DNA of 64,000 nt from the NCBI GenBank assembly GCA_038087875.1, contig JAXLNO010000146.1, forward strand, positions 558,001-622,000, written 5' to 3'. The notes below the pieces were generated by a model. The model saw only the letters and a list, made by a program, of their open reading frames with translations. It had not been told where the DNA came from and did not search any database. The DNA comes from Malacoraja senta. Taxonomy: Eukaryota. Both the position numbers and the translations under genes were made by a program. Position 1 is the stretch's first letter; every line of letters begins with the position of its first letter. This document shows positions 23,301 to 35,650 of this stretch, one piece after another.

Positions 23301-25079
23301 TGAGTTATTGGTGCTACGATTGAACATCGTCCCCTCGCAGCAGATGAAGTCCCTGGTTGAACACACTACCAATGACCCTGCCCTGCAACAGCTGTCTGCC
23401 GTCATCCGGCAGGGCTGGCCTGACCGTCGCTCGGCACTGCCGGCTGGTGCCGTGCCCTACTTCCTGATTCGGGACGAGCTCGTACTGCACAACGGCGTGG
23501 TGGTGAAGGGTCACAAAGTGGTCGTGCCCGCGGCGCTGCACGACCAATATTTTCAAGTCGCTCACCGCGGTCACCCTGGGGCCGAAGCCACCGTGTCTCT
23601 CGCCAGGAGCCAGTTCTATTGGCCGGACATGGCCAAATACATCCGGGAGAGGGTCTCCTCGTGTTCCACCTGCAACAGCCGCGCCCCCCACCAGCAGCGT
23701 CAGCCGCTTCTACAGCAGCCCGCGCCCGAACTGCCCTGGATGGCGCTGGCCGCTGACATTTTCGAGTGGCGGGGCAAATATTTCCTGGTTCTCGTTGACT
23801 CCTACTCCAGCTGGTTTGTGGTCGACCGGCTGCATTCCGTGACCTCTTCGGCCGTCATCGACAGGTTGTACCCTCACTTTAGCACTTTTGGCCCCCCGGC
23901 AAGCCTGCAGTCGGACAATGGCAGCCAGTTCACGAGCTCCGAGTTTAAAGCGTTCGCTTCCAGATGGAACTTCCGCCATTTCACCAGCAGCCCGGAGTAC
24001 CCGCAAAGCAACGGTTTGGCCGAGCGCGCGGTCCGCAGTGCTAAGCACCTGCTGGAACAGTGTGGTGGCATTAACTCCGACTTCCATCTGGCCCTCCTCA
24101 ACCTTCGGAACATTTCCCGCGACTCTGCCATGGGTTCACCTGCTCAGCGGCTCATGTCTCGCGCTACCAGACTCCCGCTCCCTGTGGCCCAGCGCTCCCT
24201 CATACCCTCTATCCTCCCGCCTGCGGCGGTTCAGAAGCGCATTGCCTTCAGGCACGACGTCGAGAAGCGTTCCCATGACAGGTCCTGCCACCCGCTGCCG
24301 CGCCTCTTCCCGGTCAAGTTGTCCGTATGCAGACCACTCCCGGTCACTCCAAGCTCGCTACTGTCGTCGGCTCTGCGGGGTCGCCCAGGTCCTATTTCGT
24401 CGACCACGATGGGGCCATTTACCGACGGTCCCGCCAGCACCTTCGGCTCGTCAACGAGCCGCGTCCTCCTGCCGCGGACCCCTTTGCTCCCCCACTGCCG
24501 GTTTCGCGTCAGGGCGTTGCTCTGCCCGTCCGTCCTGACATGCAACGTTCTGCTCCTCCTCCGCCCCTTCCGTTCCATCCCACTCCGACCAGTCCTCACT
24601 CGCCTGCCCGCGTTCGTCCCGGTCTCCACCCCGCATCCCCTCCGGGTTCGGTGCCGCGGTCTCTTCCGTCTCCTCCCGTTTCTCCCTTTCAAGTTCGTCT
24701 TTCCCCGCCGGTGCCTCTTCCTCCTGCAGGAAGGGTGGATGGCGAGACGCGAACCCGGGCGGGACGTCTTGTCAAACCGCCTGACCGCTATGGCGATTTT
24801 GTTTAACTATCCTAGCGCATGAGCCGTGGTCGCCATGTCACCATTGTATTTGCCTGTTGTTTCGAAGAGGAAAGATGTAGATGAGATATGCATGTGCCTT
24901 TAACATAGTGACCTCATACCTACTAACCACTCCCCATATCACAAGTATATCTACAACCTCCCCACCCACAGATCGCTCTCTAGTTCCTGTGACAGACCAC
25001 GTACAGCTAGTGCTATGTGTAATGCTCCAGTATGAATAAAGATAGTAAAGTAACGGCGCCTCGTTATGAATCCTTTACA
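20390..25079 (+). mobile_element. Full-length Gypsy/Ty3 (Mag-like) LTR retrotransposon
   Basis: 204-bp LTRs 20390-20593 and 24876-25079 (one mismatch seen), TSD GTGGC, PBS TGGTGTCA, PPT GAAGAGGAAAGA. Confidence 0.98.
20635..24806 (+). CDS. Gag-Pol polyprotein (gag, PR, RT, RNase H, IN); one frameshift at ~24310
   Basis: CPNC..H..C/CNVC..H..C knuckles, IDTGA, LDAKSSFWQI, MPFG, IVDD, CDAS, HHCC, SDNGSQF, SNGLAER; true C-terminus in ORF 24327-24806 (TRAGRLVKPPDRY). Confidence 0.93.
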
Positions 25080-25234
25080 GTGGCATCTGGGTGTGGTTCT
25101 ATGGGGTTGTGGTTGGACGGAGGGGGAAGGTCGGGCGCTGGGGGGGAGGGGGTGAAGGGTGATTCTCTTGGGTTGAGGGGGTGAGGGAGGTCGGGTTGTG
25201 GGCAGTGAGGGGTGAAGGGTGATTCGAGTGGTTC

Positions 25235-26345
25235 CCAGGGGGGTCTGCAAGAACAAAATACTTTTCCGCCCTTATTTAAAAAAACGCTCATAACTCCAAG
25301 GTCTTTTTTAGTACCATCACCTCTATCATCTGTCCTGCTAAGTGCGAAGAATTTACTACTTTTTTCACCAACAAAGTTGATAACATCAGAACGAATATTT
25401 CCCCTCCAATCCGTGACCTGGCTGTCTCATTGGTCTGTTCTTCAAAATTAGACTGCTTCCAACCCGTTACTCTACCCTCCATTGTAAAACTGATCACCAC
25501 CATAAAACATACTACATGCCCCCTCGACGTTGTCCCCTCTGCCCTTCTGAAGGACGTCATTACAATAGCCGGTCCCAGCATCCTCGCCATCTTCAACAGC
25601 TCTCTGGTCACTGGCACTGTACCTACCTACTTCAAGCTTGCGGTGCTCCAGCCCCTCCGGAAAAAAAACTAACCTCGGCCCATCTTGCCCAGCAACTACA
25701 GACCTATTTCAAAACTGCCTTTCCTTTCAAAAGTCCTTGAAAAGGTAATTTTAAGTCAACTTATGCCTTACCTTCACGAAAATACTATCTTGGAAACTTC
25801 CCAATCAGGTTTCAGGGCTCACTATAGCACAGAGTCTGCCTTGTTGAAGGTACATAATGACCTACTGCTCACCGTTGACTCCGGCGACTGTGCAATCCTG
25901 CTCCTTCTCGACCTCAGCGCAGCATTTGATACAGTCGACCACACCATCCTAATTGACCGTCTCCGGTACGGTGTTGGTATTGATGGCACTGTCCTGAAAT
26001 GGTTCATCTCTTAAATCAAAGGTAGTAGTTTCTCTACTAAAATAGGCAACTCTTTCACCTCCCCAGCTTGCCTCTGCTGTGGGGTTCTACAAGGTTCCAT
26101 CCTTGGCCCCATTCTCTTCTCCCTGTATATGTTCCCCTTAGGTCGTCATTCAAAGGCACGGCATTTCCTTCCATTGCTACACAGACGATACACAACTCTA
26201 TCTCCCCCTGAAGCCCAACATCCAATCAAATCTGCTTAACCTTACCCACTGCCTCGAGGATATAAAGTGTTGGATGGCCCAGAACTTCCTCCAACTAAAC
26301 GAGAGTAAGTCTGAGGTCATCTTTCTCGGCCCCTCGGACTCACTT
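25235..26345 (+). mobile_element. L2-clade LINE RT fragment
   Basis: NYRPISKLPFLSKVLEK, QSGFRAHYSTESALLKV, LLDLSAAFDTVDH, WMAQNFLQLNESKSE. Confidence 0.9.
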
Positions 26346-26359
26346 GCTGGTGGGCACAG

Positions 26360-26640
26360 ACCCAGAACCGCAGACACCCGCACGATCCCCAGACAACCGG
26401 ACACCCGTCCCCCGGTCACCCGGCAACCAGACAATCGGCAACCAGACACCCAGACATCCGGCAACTGGACCCCTGACCCCCCGGCAACCACCCGACAACT
26501 TGACATCCGTCCCCCCGGCAACCACCTGACAACCAGAAACCCGTCCCCCCGGCAACCGGATACCCGTCCCCCGGCAACCGGACACCCGTCCCCCGGCAAC
26601 CGGCCCCCCGGCCCCCCGGCAACCACCCGGAAAACAGACC
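26360..26640. repeat. ~22-bp GC-rich minisatellite (CCCGGCAACCGGACACCCGTCC)
   Basis: Direct observation. Confidence 0.85.
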
Positions 26641-27989
26641 CCCCCCCGGCTCCCGCTTTCTCTGCTCCGTTAACGCGCCTCCAGCCGTGTGGGTGACACT
26701 GAGCTGCCCCGTGTGCCCCGGATTATACAGATGGCGGTGTTTATTGAATATAGTGTTGGCGTTTCCACTTCAACGTCTGCGACCATTGACGCTCCCGGCG
26801 CACGTTCACCCCGGGAACCCTCCCGGCGCTCGGACCCAATAGATTGTCCGCCGCACAAACTGCACTGAGCCGCCGGGAGATTGTTGAAGTGGGTGAAATC
26901 GCTTGGAGAGCGGCGGGGAATCGCGCCAAACTACCCCTAGACCGACCGACGGGACGGGGTCTGTGAGCCATCCAACCGTGGGCGCGGGGGCGGGCGGGAA
27001 GCGGTGGAAGCCGAGGCTGACCGTCGGTGCCTGTACAGCGGGAGCATCGCCTGATGGACACGGGAACAGACCCGGCGCCCGTTAATCCCGGGAACCGTCC
27101 GGGAACTGCAGGAGCGGAGTAATTGTCAGTCACACAACCTCAAGATGACCCGCCGGGAATTGTAAAGTCCATGGAGGTGATCGCGAGGAATAGATCGGGT
27201 AGACGCACCGAGTCTCTGGCCCAGAGTAGGGGAATGGAGAAACAGAGGGAAGAGGTTTACGGTGGAGGGGGAGTGGCGGGGGGGGGTAGAGTTAATAGGA
27301 ACCTGAGGGGTAACTTTTTCACACAAAGGGTGGTGGGTGTATGGACCAATCTGTCAGAGGAGGTAGTTGAGGCAGGGACTATCCCAACATTTATGAAACT
27401 GTTACACAGGTACATGGACATGTCGGGTTTAGAGGGGTTAGTGCCAAAGGCAGGCAGGTGGGACATGATCCCAGCACCGGCTTTATACGGGAAAGCTTCC
27501 GTTGCCGATTTATCGCGGGATAATCCCGGCATGTTGGTCGGTGTGGGCAAGTTGGGCCGAAGGGCCTTTCCCCCGCCAGTTCATGGGATCCCAATTTCCC
27601 GCTGTTCACTGCAAGGTTGTGTGACCGACCAGTCCTGTAGCGCAGTGGGCATTATCGGGATAAACCTCACCAAACAACTGGAGCTGCCAGCGGCGGCGGC
27701 GGGTCCCGGGCCGAGCACAGACTGACCGTGGGGACGTCTGGGAGCAGAGTCTGATCTCCGGTGCGGTGGCGGACGCCGGTCTGGCCGGCTGGAACGTGTC
27801 GCAGCCCAGACTGACCGCCGGGACCACACGCCGCTCGCACCCCGCCCTGGCCGGACCTACACCCACCGGAACCGTCTCCATCTTTGCCCCGTCCCGATGG
27901 CCAGTCTGTGCTGTGACCGCGTCCCGACGGCCAGTCTGAACTCCCAGCCCGCCTGGACCCTCTGCTGCGCTGCGTCTGTGCAGCGGTCC

Positions 27990-29200
27990 TGAGTCTCCCG
28001 AGCGAGGAGGGCGGTCAGTCGCTGGTCTACATCCGCACCCAGCTGGCGACTCTCCGCCTCAGGATCCTGCAGAGATACCTGTACTCAGGGGCATCCTCAC
28101 AGGCGGCACGTGTTGGCCACGCACTCTTTCCAACAGGGCCGCTACCGTCAAGGAGGTACGCGGATATCGATGGTGGGCATCAGCCGTGCTGTCCAGCAGA
28201 GGATGCCTGGCTTCTACCGGGACCTGCTGAGAGTCTGGAACCTAGTTGCCGTCGACCGGGGCCCCCTCCGCCGGCGGAAGGCAACGGCTCGGTCGTAAGA
28301 GCGGCCAGCCCTTGTCCCGCCCCAGCGGGTGTCGGGGAAACGCGAACGTGTGGAGTACTTGCGGCTGAGCTAACCCCGCTCAGCTGGAAGTACTGGTCGG
28401 TCCCAGGCGCCGTAAACCTTCTCGGGAACCGGTCCCGCACCACACGAGCCGCCTTTCATCAACACCCTTCATCTCCCTCCGATACGCAGGGAAGCGTCTC
28501 CTATACGGGCTCCACCTCGACACCCTGCACTGGTCCATTGTCCAGACACATAGTGGCGGCCGGTGTTGTCTTTTAGTCACGAGAGGGGGTCCCTCTACAC
28601 TGCGATTCTTCCCTCTACATCGGGGACCTGGGGTGGCGGGTATTGCACCGAGGATTACCCTGCAACCTGTTTCTGTCGCGGTTCACAGACTCGCCAGCCG
28701 CCTGCCAGTGTTGCGGGCTGGAAGAGTCTGTGTTCCACGTGTATGTGGAGTGTGTGAGGTTGAGGCCCCTGTTCTAATATCTAAAGGGGCTGCTCCTTGC
28801 CTTCTGGCTGAACTTCTCACCCACCATCCTCATCTTTGGTCATCCTGTGCGTAGGGGAGAGGGTAGGGCTGAAGATGTCCTGGTTGGGTTACTCTGAGCC
28901 CTGGCCAAGCTGGCCATCGGCGACTCACGGCGCCAGGCGGAAGATGGCTCTGCCAGAGCCGGCTGCCAGCCGCTATTCCGGGTTACGTCCGCGCCCGGGT
29001 GGTACTTGAGATGGACCACGCGCTGTCCACGGGCTCCCTGGGGATTTCCGGGACCGCTGGGCACCGCGTGGGGTGGAAGTAATCCTCGATGGGGTTTGTA
29101 ATATAGTTGTGAAGGAGTTTATTTCGGATATTTGTTTGACGTGTATTATGGTGCTGGGTTTTGAATCGTTTTATATTGGACTGTAAATATTATTTTAATA
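27990..29200 (+). mobile_element. Tx1-type (L1 clade) LINE ORF2 3' fragment, decayed
   Basis: LPSEEGGQSLV...LRILQRYL; DLGWRVLH...CQCCGLEESVFHVYVECVRLRPLF; ALAKLAI. Confidence 0.8.
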
Positions 29201-29399
29201 ATGGATTACATTATTTTTGGTTATAAATACAAATAATAAAAATAATGGGGCTCGGGTCGGAGCGCGGGATTCTCAGGGGTTTATACAACCACTGTTGTAT
29301 AACGTTAGTACCTCCACCAATGTAAAGCACTTTGGTCAACGAGAGTAGTTTTTTAAATGTGCTATAGAAATAAAAGTGCATTGACTTGACTTGTTGTAG

Positions 29400-32300
29400 A
29401 GGGGGCGGGGGTCTAGTCAGCTGGCTGAGTTGGTGGCCGTCACCCTGCCCCTTAAACACGCGGCGGAACCGGTATGGATTTACACAGATTCATGGGCAGT
29501 GGTGAATGGGATGGCTGTCTGGATGCCCCGCTGGCAAAGCCGGAATTGGGAAATACACGGCCGCCCCCTATGGGGTTGCCCTACTGGGACCATATGCGGG
29601 AACAGGCCCGCCACCGTCTGATTACGGTCTAGCACGTCGATGCCCACACTGCACGGGACTGAGGCAGCCCAGATTATGTACATCACGGCGCAGCCCGTCG
29701 ATGAAAGAGAGCACCTCGCTGTCTGGGCGCATCAGAAGAGCGGGCATCTAGGGGTGGATGGGGCTAGGAAATGTGCTGAAGCACGAGAGGTGGCACTAAC
29801 GCACGATGAAGCGAAAACGGTGGTTACTAACTGCAAGGTTTGCCAAAGCATAAAGTAGCAATGTTACAAAATTTTGAGATTTAAAAAATAAAGTCAGCAA
29901 TTTATCCCATCAGATAAAGCATAAAAAGAAGTTTAACTTGACACCTAATTCACTTTCATATCTTCAGTATTAAAGAAGTTATGGCCATTTGCATACTCGG
30001 AAATTAGCATCTTGTTCCCTATTGCATTTCCATTGACTTAACACAAAAGCTGTGATCGAGGACAGTTAAAAGCCCATAACTTTCTTAAAAATTAAGATAA
30101 CTGAAAGAAATGTTCAGTTATTATAGATTGAAGCATTCTGAAACAAATATGAAACAATCTTACTTAGAAGACATGAAAGTAAAGCATATAATTAGTTAGT
30201 TACCTAATTGTAGCTAATTACAAAATTCAATTACTAGATCTAAACATCTATCAATTTCTTAAGAATAGATTAACATTTTTAAATAGCCTAAGTGTCCAAA
30301 TAACATTCACACAATAATTCACAATATAACATAATTTTTAAATCTCATTTTCATGAATTTACAGGCCAAATGGAAGGAATTGAATGTTTAATACCTGTAA
30401 ATTAATGGGCATTTAAATCATCTTGTGAGTGAGGATTTCTGGAATGCGATCATTTGGAACGTTGATTTGCGGTGAATTTAACTCCGTATTGGCATGAAAA
30501 ATACTGCCGTTAGTTCGGGGAATAAAATCACCGTGTCGCATGAAAAAATGTGAATTAAAGGCTTCTTAAGAAGCACTTTTATACATTTAAAGAAACCACT
30601 TTCGTTTACCTGTCCCGTGTGTGAAATCCGTCCCCGTTATCGGCGTTGACGCTTCAGGAGCTGCTTTTAAAATTACTCCAGCGCTGACATTGACGATTTA
30701 ATAAAAATAAAAAATACACAAAACGCCACTAGGAACGATTCTTCAGCCAACGCTTGTACTCCAACGAAATATTAACCAGGACAAGGGAGGAGAAACCCGC
30801 GTTTTAACCCCGCCCCCCCTTAAAGGCGACAAAATCGCGCACACGGCCAGTGGCAGAATTACAGCGCGACTGAAGGTAAGTTTTGTAACATACCTACATA
30901 AAGCCCCGAGGATGCCTAATAGGCCCATGGGGTCAAATTAGGCGTTGCACCGGGTCCGGCCAAATTTGACAGATTGATTATATCGGGCCACTCCCACAAC
31001 AAAATAAGAATAGATATGTATTAACCATGGTGGATCCTATTGAGGAGTAGTGATGGTGTACCCCTGCAGCCACGCCGATCAGGACAGCACAGTAACATGA
31101 TTGCAGCAACTGTCCTCTGTGTATAGCATCCCATGGGAAATACAGTCGGACAACGGCTCCCACTTTGCGTGATCCCGTGTCCAGGAATGGGCTGTGGAAT
31201 CTGGCATTGTATGGGTTTCCACATCCCGTACTACCCACAGGCTGCCGGACTTATTTAACGCATGAATGGACGACTGAAGCAGCAAATAAAGTTGCTGACA
31301 GCGCTGCGCGCCCTCCAATGGTGGTTGGGAGTCCTGCAACCAGCCGTTAGCAACCTGAACTCATGGCCGTTGAGCCAAGGAGGATCACCTATGTCGCGGC
31401 ACTTGGCAGTGTCGGACCCTCCAAAGACTCAGGAAGTGGAATTGGCGGAGGATGAACCAGGAAAGGTCTGGGTACAATATTCAAAAATGCCGCCGGAAAA
31501 AGGGGGAGATTGTGGCGCGCGGACCAGGTAATAGGCGATGATTAGCGTTGCCGGGGGAACAGCGGATGGTGTCTTTAAACACCCAGAGGCTAACTAAAAG
31601 AGAGAGAGTGTGCTTCCCCCCCCCCCCCATTTCAAGGCAACAACTGACCGATACGCTGCAGGCCCACGTGCTCATGGAGGAGTATCACCAGGACTGAACG
31701 GTCCGGCACCAGGTACCAGTGGAACACATACGACCCAAGTACCTTGGACCCAAGGACATCGGACCCATCACTATTGTATTGGGCGGTGTGATTGTCGGGA
31801 AGGACATGGGTGAATTATTGCTGGTTTACTGTTGCTTGCCTGCTTGTGATGTTCGGAGGGAATGTGAACACCTCGGCCTACATTCATGAATCTCCTGTTC
31901 CAAACTCGTTTCTCAACCTCAGCTATAAACTCGCCAACGGCTCAATGTCTCAGCGTGCTGGGTGTGTACACGCATCCAGTACCACAGTGGGGACATCCCA
32001 TTGTGGGCAGCCCCCTTAAATCATAGCGAACAATTGTCCGCATGGTCTTTTTGTAGCGAGACCAGGAGTGGTGCGGCTAAGAACTGCAACCAAACCACCC
32101 TTGATTGCCAGTGTCACTGCCTTGACGGGTGGTACATTCCCCCATTCAAACACACTCGAGCTTCCGCCTAACACGTGCCGACTAGTCCACGAATAGTCCC
32201 TGCCATTGTAACTTTGAGGGGTCGGGCCCTTCCCTGGGTAATAGTACCTGTACGACATACACCACGGCGGCTCCCCCACACCCCGTTAATGGAACCTACT

Positions 32301-33060
32301 GGGTATGTGGCCTCTGGACCTACTCCTGGCTCCTGGGAATGAGCGGGGTGCACTTCGGGACATGGGAAAGACCAATGCCCTGGACGGGATGCTGTTACCT
32401 GGCATATGTGGTACCCCTCCTGAGACACTTTCCATCCTTACCCTCATACCCCCGGCAATGACATGTGTAACGTGCTATTACGGAGGCCGAGTGGTTCTGG
32501 ACTATTGAATTTCCCCCATATGATACTGCGAAGCTGGCACGATAGATGATTAACATGGCTTCAGCCCTGGAAGAAATAGCCATCGTGACGGCAGACGCCC
32601 TGAGTCGGTAAAATAGACATCTCAGAATTATCAGCGGAAGTATTCGCACCGTAGCCCGACAGAAGTGCATGGCCCTAGATTTCACCCTGTCTGAGAAAGG
32701 GGGCACTTGTGTTTTGATCAGGCTGGAGCGCTGTACTTATATTCCAGGTGATTCCAGAACATCACGAACCTCGCTGATCACATCCAGGAAGCCGTGGAGA
32801 AGATTGAAAGGGTCGGAGAACAGTACCACGACTACAACCTCCCGGGGACAAAGTGGCCTTTCGGGATGTTAGGAGGCTGGTGGACAACAGTGGTGCATTG
32901 GGGACTGACCATTGGGACAATCTTGTTGGACATAATATGACTGCGTTGTATGTATGGATTGGCATCACGACTGCGTGGCCTTTACTACGGGCTGCGGACC
33001 GGATGGTAACGCCTGTGGGCCGGATGTGACGGTAACTAGACTGTTCCAGGGGGTGAATAT
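29400..33060 (+). mobile_element. Decayed class III (ERV-L/ERV-S-like) endogenous retrovirus: RNase H, integrase and env; gag/RT missing
   Basis: SSQLAELVAV, IYTDSWAVVNG, WAHQKSGHLG..CKVC, *QIDYIGPLP, QSDNGSHF, HIPYYPQAAGLI; env CWVC (~31956), NGTYWVCG, ALDFTLSEKGGTC...CTYIP; PPT-like AGGGGGTGAA ~33047. Confidence 0.85.
29856..30896. mobile_element. Non-autonomous TIR DNA transposon (hAT-like) inserted in the ERV integrase
   Basis: TIRs TAGCAATGTTACAAAA / TAGGTATGTTACAAAA (14/16); CATAAAG duplicated on both sides; removal restores the integrase frame. Confidence 0.85.
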
Positions 33061-33471
33061 TATACAATAATTTTGGCCGAACAGTCTGGGACCCCATAGC
33101 GCCATGGCCATGACGTTATGTTTAAAGCCCATTTTTTGTATCAAAAAATAATTTACTTAATTTCAACAAGATACAAAAACAAAAACAAAACAAAACCGTG
33201 GTGACATACCCACCACCATTATATAAAATCATCAAACAACTATTTTACAAATATTGTAATCACTACTACACATCCCCGGTAAAGTTGCAAGCATCTGGCT
33301 CTGGTAAAGCCCTCTTCCACCTGGCGCCGTGACACGCGGATGGACAGCTTGACCATGTTTAAACCCCATAGCGCTGTGGCCGATAGTGCTATAATTAGAA
33401 CCGTAGCGCTGCAGCCGGTAGCGCTTCGTTTAAAACCCCACGCACTCTGACAGCGCTCTGTTTAAACCTTT

Positions 33472-33975
33472 GCGCGCCAAGTCTGTAGCGCTGTGTGTAT
33501 TGCTTTATGTGCCAAGCCTGCAGCGCTGTGTGCATTGCTATATGCGCCAAGCCTGCAGCGCTGTGTGCATTGTTATATGCGCCAAGCCTGCAGCGCGGTG
33601 TGCATTGCTATACGCGCCAAGTCTGTAGCGCTGTGTGCATTGCTACGCGCCAAGTATGTAGCGCTGTGTGTATTGCTATACGCGCCAAGTCTGTAGCGCT
33701 GTGTGCATTGCTTTACTCACCAAGTCTGCAGCGCTGTGTGTATTGCTTTACGCACCAAGTCTGCAGCGCTGTGTGTATTGCTTTACGCACCAAGTCTGTA
33801 GCGCTGTGTGTATTGCTTTACGCACCAAGTCTGTAGCGCTGTGTGCATTGCTTTACGCGCCAAGCCTGTAGCGCTGTGTGTATTGCTTTACGCACCAAGT
33901 CTGCAGCGCTGTGTGTATTGCTTTACGCGCCAAGCCTGCAGCTGATAGCGCTGTGTATTACCTTGCGCGCCAAGA
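33472..33975. repeat. 35-bp minisatellite (GCGCTGTGTGTATTGCTTTACGCGCCAAGTCTGTA)n
   Basis: About 14 contiguous units, no spacers. Confidence 0.95.
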
Positions 33976-34499
33976 ATGCGGCTGGTAGCACTTTGTTTCC
34001 GGCGGGGGAGGGGGGGGGTTGGGGGGGGGGGGGGTTGGGGATGTTGGGGGGGAGGGGGGTTGCTCCCCTGCCATTGGTTGTAATTTGAATTTGGGAGTAA
34101 CGCTATTGGCAATGACGACTGCCTGTAGAAATGTAGGCGCCGGGAAGCCATAAGGTCGTTATTGACGAGAGGGGTTCACCGACGGGCTGGGTTGCGATCA
34201 GCGCCGTGGACGAAGGCAGAGAGAGGGGGTGTTCTGCTGTAAGACGGACCCCGCGCATATCGAGATAAGTATTGTTTTTGTTCTCTCTCGTGTGTGCCTT
34301 TTTTTGTTCCACGAGTCAGATCCTTGAACGTGTTCCCTTGTAACATCTCCCCATTTGGCTTTATTCCTACCAGCCTTTATTCCTACCAGCAAAATGACTC
34401 CACATTTTGCTACACTATATTCCCTGCCACTTCTCTGACCACTCTCCCAACCTGTGCGGGTCCTACTGCAGAGTTCCTGCTTTCTCGATACTACCTGCC

Positions 34500-35650
34500 C
34501 CCTCCACCTATTTTTGAATCATCCGCAAACTTGGCCACAAAGCCTTCAATTTCCTCCTCCAAATCATTAATATGCAACGTGAAGTAGCGGCCCCAGTACC
34601 AACCCTTGCGGAACTCCACTAGTCACAGGTACCCAACCAGATACAACTGCCTTTATTGCCACTCCCTGCCTTCTGCCATCCAGCCAACCTGCTATCCATG
34701 CTAGTATCTGCCCTTTGATACCATGGGCTCACATCTTCCACAGCAGCCTAACATGTCGCAACTGATGAACGACTTTCTGAAAATCTAGGTAAACAACCTA
34801 TTGACTCTCCTTTGTCTGTCCTGCTACTTCCTTCTTCATGGAATTCCAGCAAATTTGTCAGGCAAGAACTCCCTTTCACAAAGTAATGCTGACTTCGGAC
34901 TATTTTATCATGAACTTCTGGGTACTCTGTAACTTAATCCTTTATATGGATTCTAAAATCTTACCAACCACTGAAGCAGACTAACCGGCCGATAGTTCGC
35001 ACAATTCTGCTTTGCTCCCTTCTTGTGTAGCGACGTAATATCGGCCATTTTCCCATCTGGACCAATTCTGACTAGTGATTTTTGAAATATCAATATCAAC
35101 GCCTCCACAATCTCGAAAACCACCTTTCAGAAACTTAGGGGCAATCCATCTGGTGCAGGTTACATATACACCTTCAGCCATTTCAGCTCCCCTAGCATCC
35201 CCCCCTCCCCTGTAATAGCCACTGACTTCCACCCCCTGACTCTCTTGAATTTCAGGCTCGTTTCTGGTGTTTTCCACTGTGAAGACTGAAAATGTTATTC
35301 AACTCCTCTGCTATTTATTATTACCCATTATCACTTCTCCTGCATCATTTTCCAGTGGTTCACCGCCCACTCTTGACTTTTTCTTACACTTTATATAACT
35401 GAAGAAACTCTTGCTACCCTATTTTATGTTATTGGCTAGCTTACCTTCGTATTTCATCTTTACTCCCTGTATTGCCTTATCAGTTACCTTCTATTGATCT
35501 TTAAAAGCAACCCAATCCCCGGGCCTCCCGCTAATCTTTGCTATGTTATACGCCTTCTCTTTTAGTTTTCTACTGCCCATGACTTCCCTTGTCACCATGG
35601 TCGCCTCTTTCTCCCCACTGGAATATTTCTTCTTCGTTGGAATGAAAATA
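34500..35650 (-). mobile_element. Old, degraded CR1 RT fragment
   Basis: Reverse-strand remnants of KFADD, GVPQG.VLGP and NYRPVS motifs. Confidence 0.7.

Noticed and set aside
20593..24822. 1409-aa ORF taken as the exact Gag-Pol
   Set aside because: The first ATG overlaps the LTR/PBS and the last ~170 aa are out of frame after ~24310; the real start is 20635 and the stop 24806.
27123..27725. 200-aa ORF as TAP1 exon 2 or a novel gene
   Set aside because: Mostly a CR1 3' fragment (FFTQRVVGVW); no TAP1 motifs.
33472..33975. CRISPR-like 35-bp repeats
   Set aside because: Contiguous tandem units without unique spacers, no cas genes, vertebrate context.
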